From: Squalus acanthias
Lineage: Eukaryota
DNA length: 62,000 bases
Assembly (NCBI GenBank): GCA_030390025.1
Contig: CM059432.1
Coordinates: forward strand, 13,702,001 to 13,764,000
Reading direction: 5' to 3'
Below, piece by piece: positions 53,940 through 62,000 of this stretch. The notes below the pieces were generated by a model. That model searched no databases and was not told the origin of the DNA. It saw only the letters and a program-made list of their open reading frames with translations. Positions within the stretch are counted from its first letter, which is position 1. Each line of letters opens with the position of its first letter. The translations under genes and the position numbers were made by a program.

Positions 53940-55669
53940 CCTTTATCTGAAAAAACAGAAGTAGTAAAATGTATTTTTCATACTGCATTCACAGCCTTAG
54001 AAGTGCAACTGACTTTCTTTAGATTAACTGGTGTCAGACACATGACATCCATCACCATGCTGAAAATGAATGAATCTGAACTATTAACTAGGAAGTTGAC
54101 ATTTGCCTGATATGGAGTGGGCACACCTTCCCTGCAGGGACATATCCCACTTACCGAAGCCCAGTAAATCAAGATGCAGGCTGGCAAGAATCAAACCTTA
54201 GGGACTCCCAAGTATGTTTAGAAATACACCTGTTGTTTAATTGGGTAAAACCAAGCAGCCTAAACAGCACTGAGCACTGGTAAGGTTCTCACAACTTGTT
54301 TAACTAGACCACCCCATCCATTAGGCTGCTGATTTACAAGATTGTCTGGAGCAGAGTAGGAAGAATTCTAGCTCCCAGTGACAGGTCTAACCCTCAAGAT
54401 CCAAATGAACTACATCAGCTAGTCAATTATCAAATGTGCCTAGAGCACAGAAGACTGGGCTGGCTCAGGTATTAATTATTGAGTGTACCACAACAGATCA
54501 ATCTGGTTCCAATCTCCCTTTACCAGGCTCCAACTTGACCTTACTTACCATCTTCCTCCACCCCTCCCAAGCAGGAAAGTCATTATGACCCTTTATACTT
54601 TTTGCTACAAATCCACCTTAGTGCTTGGTCTTCTATCTCTCAGTCTTAAAGAAGGAGCCCTGTTTGGACATGCACTTGGATGTCACAAGCTTAATTCTGC
54701 AATGGGACTCGAGTCATTGAAGAGAAACATGAGCGGAGCATCCCTCTCCCTTGCTGAGTGCTGTCCTGAAGAACTGTGTCCAATCCAAACTTGGCATCCA
54801 CCAGAACCATCAATTACAGATATGAATCCTGAGCCCAAGCTACCTGATACTTTAAACAGTTGCCTCCTCAGGTACTGTCCATTTCCCTTTCAAAACCGTC
54901 ATTACCACCGCATCTTCAACCCACCCCCCCACACCTTTATTGCCCCATCTCCAATGCCCTTAAACGCGCCATCTCCTCCCAGATTTTTGCCCCTTCCACA
55001 GCACCAAAATGCCACTAACCAAAGTCACAAATGGCATTTTCTGTGACCAACACTTAGAATATCTTAAAGTGGCCCAAATGGTTGGGATATCCCAGCTTAC
55101 TTTGCTCCAGCATTTTGGCTCGAGAGTGAATATGGAGAAAATGCTGAAGTTTCAAAACTATAAGGGACTGGCTAGGAGACCCACAACCCAACATGCAAGG
55201 CCCCATTGTGGACTGGTCATGATAACATGTAAAGAACCAGACATTTACAGATGAGAGAGAATAACAATTAAGATGTTGCGTAAACAGCTCAGCTTAGCAG
55301 GATACTGAGTAGATGCAGCGCAAGGTAGCGGAATAGTATAAGGGTAGAACTTGGCCTCTCCAAAAGATAGTGTACTCTCGTGGACAGTCTGAAGTCTTTT
55401 CACTTTAACGGTAGCCCGCAAAAGATTACAAGTCTGATCAGCTTGAACTTCATGGAAGAAACAGGTTGTATTAATTGCTGGTCATTTAATATAATAATGT
55501 AGAACAGTTGTATAAGGACAATACTGTTATTAGTCAATGTATTTTAAAGCTTCTTGTTTAAAACCACTCGGTCCTGAATCACGCGGAGCTTATTGTTGCA
55601 GGACTAACAACCCTTTGCTGTGACTGTAACCATGGGAAATCTGCCAAAAAACACCGTTGCACATTATCC

Positions 55670-56460
55670 CTCATTCGCCTGACCTCTATCCAACTTTTGA
55701 CATAATTAACCACATCTCCAATGGCTCTCCTCCATTGTTCAGCTTGTTCCCCATCTTAGCTATCTGATAGTAGCCAGAGCACCTCTATCAATGGATTTTC
55801 TTCCCATCCTTGCACTATCACCTTGGAAGTCCTTCAAGGATCTTTCCTTTACGCCCTCATCTACATGGTGACATCATTCGCAAACATTAGACTAAGCCTC
55901 CACACGTAAACTGATGATGCCCACCTCTATCCCTCTCAACTCCTTCACTGCCTGTGCTGTTAGACGGTTTGTCCAATATCCAGTCTTGGTTGAGCCATAA
56001 ATTTCTCCAGCTAAACATTAGGAAGACCAAAGCCATTGTCTTCGGCCCCCACCACAAACTCAATCCCCTTACCCAGACACTCGGAGGCTCAACCCAAGTG
56101 TTTGTAACCTCTGCGTCCTATTCGACCCCAAGCAGAGCTTCTGACCCCATAACCTCTTACCACAAAGTCTGTCCAACTCAGCTTATTTGCTGTTGAAAAC
56201 CTTAAATATGCCTTAGTCACCCCACAGACTTGCTTATTCCAATGGTCTCCTGGCCAGCCTCCCATCCTCCACCCTCTAAATTTCAGCTCAGCAAAACTCT
56301 GCTGCCAGTATCCTATCCCACACCAAGTGCCGCTTACCCATCACCTTTATCCTTGCTGACGTATTTTGGCTCCTGGTCCTCCAACACCTCAATTTAAAAT
56401 TCTCATTCTTGTGTCTAAAGGCCTACATGGCTTCACCCTGTCCTATCTTAACCCTTACAA
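55670..56460 (+). mobile_element. Decayed L2 LINE
   Basis: LSNIQSWL.H.FLQLNI.KTKAIVFGP; similar to 22657-23333 and 25530-26880. Confidence 0.75.
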
Positions 56461-56819
56461 ACACCTAACCTGCAAATAAACTAGCATTTGCAATCAAGAT
56501 ATGAAGTTCCTGATTAGCTGCACACCAACCCTTGCACCCTCTTAAGCTTTCTCTTGTACTCCCTTCCCTTCCTCCACACAATTATTCTGCTTTTAATATT
56601 AGCACAGTTTGTTTGAACATGTTGGATAACAAACAAACCAGTTACTTTATGCACAAAATAAAGTATATTTTGGAAAACAAATGACGGTGCCACATTGTAG
56701 ACACATTTATTGACATTATGGTTTGACAAAACACTGAAAAACTGCGTATTCATGCCATATTAATGCCATTGCTGTTTATACACACTATAAGAGCAATTAA
56801 GCTGACAGTAGGAGAAACG

Positions 56820-56947
56820 TGATGCGGAGATGCCGGTGTTGGACTGGGGTGGACAAAAGTGAGAAGTCGCACAACACCAGGTTATAGTCCAACAGTTTTA
56901 TTTGAAATCACAAGCTTTCGGAGCGCTGCTCCTTCGTCAGGTGAAGT
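56820..56947 (-). mobile_element. Penelope-type pseudo-LTR fragment carrying a hammerhead ribozyme and AATAAA
   Basis: Minus strand: ttcacCTGACGAaggagcagcgctccGAAAgcttgtgatttcAAATAAAactgttggac...gtccaacaccggcatctcc. Confidence 0.75.
56908..56944 (-). ncRNA. Minimal type I hammerhead ribozyme
   Basis: Stem I UCAC/GUGA; core CUGACGA; stem II GGAGC-AGC-GCUCC; GAAA; palindromic mini stem III (AAGCUU); cleavage position after CUU. Confidence 0.75.
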
Positions 56948-57354
56948 AAAGGAATACAAATCGACAAAGCATATATAGATAGAAAACAATGCATGTGTAG
57001 CGTACAATGGCAGATGACTACATTTAATCCTCCTGACTGCCTTTTTGTCACGCCTCGGCAGAGAAACAATCAGGTCAGCCAGGAAGGCACCACATCAAAG
57101 ACATAGCAAGATACAACTGAGACAATGAGGTGGGGTTACAGGGGGTCTAATGTAGGAGAAACAGCATTCTTGGGATACCACAGAAATTAATTTATGCTCA
57201 GCCACTGTAGGTGTGCAGCTAATCAGGAACTTCATATCTTGATTGCAAATGCTAGTTTATTTGCAGGTTAGGTGCCACCCAAAAATAAACAACTGCCAAT
57301 CCAAACAGTTTATGTATCTAAGATGGGTAGGAAAGTCCCCCAGTTATACAACTA

Positions 57355-59187
57355 TAGAAAGAATCATTAAAGGAAAGGAATTCTTGGCAAGTAAAATCAA
57401 GTAAACCCAAAGATGTTTTATAAATATATTAAGAGTAAGAGGATAACTAAAGAAAGGGTAGGGCCGATTAGAGATCATGAGGGTAATCTGTGTGTGGAGG
57501 CGGGAGACGTCGGTAGGATTCTTAATGAATACTTTGCATCTGTTTTCACAAAGGAGAGGGGCGAAGCAGACATTGCCATCAGGGAGGAGGAGTGTGAAAT
57601 ATTAGATGAAATAAACAGTGAGAGAGGAAGTATTAAGGGGTTTAGCAGCTTTAAAAGTGGATAAATCCCCAGGCCTGGATGAAATGTATCCCAGGCTGTT
57701 AAGCGAAGCAAAAGAGGAAATAGCAGAGGCCCTGACCATCATTTTCCAATCCTCTCTGGCTTCAGGTGTGGTGCCGGAGGACTGCTAATGTGGTACCCTT
57801 GTTTAAAAAGGGAGAAAAGGATAGACCGAATAATTACAGGCCAGTCAGCCTACCCTCGGTGGTGGGAAAATTATTGGAAAGAATTCTGAAGGACAGGATA
57901 AATCTTCATTTAGAAAGACACGGATTAATCAAGGATAGTCAGCACGGATTTGTTAAGGGAAGGTCGTGTCTGACAAACTTGATTGAATTTTTTGAGGAGG
58001 TAACAAGGAGGGTAGATGAGGGTAGTGCGTTTGATGTAGTGTATATGGACTTTAGCAAGGCTTTTGATAAGGTTCCACATGGCAGACTGGTCACGAAGTT
58101 AAAAGCCCATGGGATCCAGGACAAAGTGTCAAGTTGAATTTAAAACTGGCTCGGAGGCAGGAAGCAGAGGGTAATGGCTGATGGGTGTTTTGTGACTGGA
58201 AGGCTGTTTCCAGTGGGGTTCTGCAGGGCTCAGTGCTAGGTCCCTTGCTTTTTGTGGTATATATCAATGATCTAGACTTAATATAGGGGGTATGATTAAG
58301 AAGTTTGCAGATGATACTAAAATCGGCTGTGTGGTTGATACTGAAGAAGGAAGCTGTAGACTGCAGGAAGATATCAATAAATTGGTCAGGTGGGTAGAAC
58401 AGTGGCAAATGGAATTCAATCTGGAGAAGTGTGAGGTAATGCATTTGGGGAGGGCTAACAAGGAAAGGGAATACACATTAAATGGTAGGACACAGTAGTG
58501 TAGAGGAACAAAGGAACTTTGGAGTGCATGTCCACAGGTCCCTGAAGGTAGCAGGCCAGGGAGATAAGGTGGTTAAGAAGGCATACGGAATGCTTGTCTT
58601 TATTAGCCGTGGCATAGAATACAAGAGCAGGGGGGTTATGCTTCAACTGTATAAAACACTAGTTAGGCCTCAGCTAGAGTAGTGCGTGCAGTTCTGGTCA
58701 CCACATTACAGGAAAGATGCGAGGAGATTTACAAGGATATTGCTGGGAGTAGAGAATCTTAGCTATGAGGAAAGACTGGATAGGTTGGGTTTGTTTTCCT
58801 TGGAGCAGAGGAGGCTGAGGGGAGACCTTATTGAGGTGTATAAAATGGTGAGGGGCCTAGATAAAGTGGATAGAAAGGACCTATTTCCCTTAGCAGAGGG
58901 GTCAAAAACCAGGGGGCACAGATTTGAAGTAATTGGTGGAAGGTTTAGAGGGGATTTGAGGGGAAATTTCTTCACCCAGAGGGTTGTGGGGGTCTGGAAC
59001 TCACTGCCTGAAAGGGTGGTAGAGGCAGAAACCCTAACCACATTTAAAAAGTGCACTTGGGATTCTGTAACCTGCAGGGCTACGGACCAAGAGCTGGGAA
59101 GTGGGATTAGGCTGGCTAGCTCTTTGTTGGCCGGCGTGGACATGGGCCAAAATGGCCTCCTTCCGTGCTGTAACTTTCTATGATTCT
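57355..59187 (+). mobile_element. CR1 LINE, 5'-truncated, frameshifted
   Basis: ORFs 57413-57664, 57766-58137, 58292-58498 (KFADD), 58482-58682 and 58686-59183; tail ttctatgattcta. Confidence 0.95.
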
Positions 59188-59194
59188 AAGAAAC

Positions 59195-59620
59195 AGCTTG
59201 TATTTATCACAGCCTCAGGTTATCCCAAAGCACTTTCCAGCCAATGAAGTACTTCTGAAGTGTAGTCACTGCTGTAATGAAACGTGACAGCCAATTTTCG
59301 CACAGCAGGGTCCCACAAACAGCAATGAGATACATGAGCAGAAAATTTTATATTTGTGATGTTGATTGAGGGATAAATATTAGCCAGGACACTGGGAGAA
59401 CTCCCCCTGCTCTTCTTTGGATAGTGCTGTAGGATCTTTCACATCCACCTGAGAGGACAGACAGGTCCTCGGTTTAATATCTCATCCGAAAGACGGCACC
59501 TCCGACAGTGTAGCACTCTTTCAGTACTGCACTGGAGTGTCAGCCTCTGGAGTGGCACTTAAACCCACAACCATCAGACTCAGAGGAAAGAGTGCTACCC
59601 ACTGAGCCAAAGCTGGCACT
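59195..59620 (-). mobile_element. Near full-length Deu-type SINE
   Basis: Colinear with 43165-43628. Confidence 0.8.
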
Positions 59621-60950
59621 ACTGTACTTAAATAAAACTTTCATTGTGGGTTATGAAAGAGAACCCAAATGACAAAATGAGTTACACATAGTTGAACACC
59701 TCTCATTCCCACAGTACATTAATATACTGAATAATTGAGGGAAAGATAAAGGGCGCCTAAAAATACACTGCAACAGACATTGAAAATGGCAATACGAGGC
59801 TTCAAGGACAAAATCTATAAGGTCATTCGTCCAGTCAGCTCCCTTCAAGAACTTAAAGCAAATATAATGATAGTTTCTTAGTAGATTCCAGCAAACACAA
59901 TTAGGAAGGATTAAACACCATTGCAAAATAAGTCCTATTAAACCTTTAGTATGGCTGCAGTATGTATATATTGCATAGCATACCATAGCACTGGCTGCAA
60001 TGCAAATTTAAATATGCAATCACAACTTTCATGTATGGTCATGGACCTTTCAAAATGTCTGGGGAACTACATTGCTGGTGGGCCACAGCCAGAAAAAACA
60101 TTGGACGTTACTGTTGGCTGGACTGCTGGAGAATACATATGTGGCACAATGGTGTAAGTAAACATGCTGAAAAGTCTTCAATTATTTACAGGTGAAGTTT
60201 TTATTTTAATAGCTTCCATCAAAGGCTGATTTCAGTTCAGATTTCATATACCAATTACTTTCTTTTATTATGCTGTTAGGTAGGGAGTTCTAGGATTTTG
60301 ACCCAGTGAAGATTAAGGAACAGCGATATATATTTCTTTGCAACAAACTTCTTGGTTTCTGTTCATCCAGACTCTAGAATGTCTTTGCATTAAGTATATT
60401 TTCCCGTTCCTTGTTTTTCCTCCAACATGCATTACCTGATACCTATTAACATCAAAACGCATCTTTCATCTGTTCGCCCATTTCATTACTTGCTCACTGA
60501 AATGTTTCCGCAGATTAGTTTTGAATTTACTCCCTTCAAGCGCAGGCTGTGTCCTCTGGTTCTACTGTTCTGAACAAGGTGAAACAGCTGGTCATGGTTT
60601 ACATTATCTAGTCGCTTTAGAATCTAAAAACAGCCATCATATCATCTCTTAACAATCTCTTTTCCAGTGAGATGTCGTCCAATTTATTGCCCTAATACAA
60701 TCTCCTCCATCATTCTGCTTGTTCTCTTCTGTATCCTTTCAATAGCTACAATATTCTTTTTGTACCTGTGGCAACACACTATTCCAAGTGTCGTCGCACT
60801 ATTGATTTATAAAGTGGCAGGACTACCTCACTATTTCAGCTCAATAGTGACCTTTTAATATATCCCAACATCTGATTTGCTTATGACACATGCTTCTTCC
60901 TCCATAAGGAATTACCAATGATATTAAGCAAGGAAAGGATGCAAACATCA

Positions 60951-62000
60951 TCATGGAATCATAGAATCGTATAGCACAAAAGGTGGCTATTTTGCCCATA
61001 GTGCCTGTGCCAGCTCTTCAAAAGAGCTATCCAATTAGTCCCGTGCCCTTGCTCTTTCCCGAGAGCTCTGCATATTTTTCCTCCGAGTATCTATCCAATT
61101 CTGATTCAATATTGAATCTGCTGCCACCATCCTTTCAGGCAGTGGATTCCAGATCATAATAACTCACCTAATCACCCCTCTGGTTCTTTTGCCAATTACT
61201 TTAAATCTGTGTCTTCTGGTAACTGACCCTCCTCCCCTTAACTTTCTCTGCTCTAAAGAGAACAATCCCAGCTTCTCTAGTCTCTCCACATAACTGAAGT
61301 CCCTCATTCCTGGTACCATTCTAATAAATCTCCTCTTCAAGCATTCCAAAGTGTTTACCTATTTCCTAAAGCGTGGTGCCCAGTACTCCAGCTGAGGCCT
61401 AACCAGCGATTTATAAAGGCTTAGCATACTTTCCTTGATTTTGTACTCTATGCCTCTATTTATAAAGCCCAGGATCCCATATGCTTTTTTAACAGCATCA
61501 ACTTGTCCTGCGACCTTCAAAGATTTGTGTATGTGAACCCCCAGGTCTCTCTGTTCCTGAAATTCCTTTATTTAGTTTATATTGCCTATCCTAATTCTTC
61601 CTTCCAAAATGAATCACGATACACGTCTCTGCGTTAAATTTCATCTACCATGTGTCTGTCCATTTCACCAATCTACCCATGTCGTCATGAAGTCTGCTAC
61701 TATCCATCTCGCTGTCTGCTACAATGTCTGAGCTTTGTGTCCTCTTCAAACTTTGAAATTATGCCCATCATACCTAAAGAGCAGTGGTCCTAATACCGAC
61801 CCCTGGGGGACACCACTGTACACTTTCCTCTAGTCTGAAAAACACTACTCCCTGCTTTCTGCGCCATAGTCAATTATGTATCCTCGCAGCCACTGCCCTT
61901 TCAATCCCATGGGCTTTAATTTTGCAAACAAGTCTATTATGTGGACCTTATCAAAACATCTTTTGAAAGTCCATATACACAACACCAACCACACTACCCT
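60951..62000 (-). mobile_element. CR1 LINE 3' portion running off the window end
   Basis: catggaatcatagaatc tail; ORF 61349-61164; ccttatcaaaacatcttttgaaagtccatatacac (VYMDFQK.FDK). Confidence 0.9.

Larger units (their letters stand above)
56462..57274. repeat. Perfect 65-bp inverted repeat (56462-56526 / 57210-57274) with 683-bp spacer
   Basis: cacctaacctgcaaataaactagcatttgcaatcaagatatgaagttcctgattagctgcacacc and its exact reverse complement, 65/65. Confidence 0.95.

Noticed and set aside
54483..55046. 187-aa ORF in intron 1
   Set aside because: Non-ATG start, proline-rich low complexity, no recognisable domain or splice structure.
55042..55609. Possible second solo LTR (TGTGACC...CTAACA, TATAAG near 55338)
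   Set aside because: No matching target-site duplication or terminal inverted match found, so it cannot be supported.

Overview
Vertebrate genomic DNA, most likely a cartilaginous fish (shark-like CR1, L2, Penelope and Deu-domain SINE repertoire; the taxon is inferred). The window is almost entirely the 5' half of one minus-strand gene, ANKRD12. Seven coding exons (human exon 2-8 equivalents, 967 coding nt, all GT-AG and phase-consistent) run from the ATG at 53882 down to 1351. They encode the N-terminal basic region and the ankyrin repeats; the large 3' exons and the first non-coding exon lie outside the window. The introns are packed with transposon remnants: about 15 CR1 LINE pieces (some nested, one with a 440-codon open RT frame), L2 pieces, and a second LINE family that carries a tRNA-derived head. 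They also hold Deu-type SINEs, Penelope fragments with hammerhead ribozyme motifs, three TIR MITEs, a solo LTR with a 5-bp TSD and two very decayed DIRS-like remnants. Most notable are an intact minimal hammerhead ribozyme plus AATAAA in sense orientation in intron 1, enclosed by a perfect 65-bp inverted repeat; an in-frame uORF in exon 2; and an exon 8-to-2 back-splice that would give a cleanly terminated ankyrin-only ORF. Repeat boundaries without TSD/TIR support are approximate. Family names come from recognition by eye, not from database searches.
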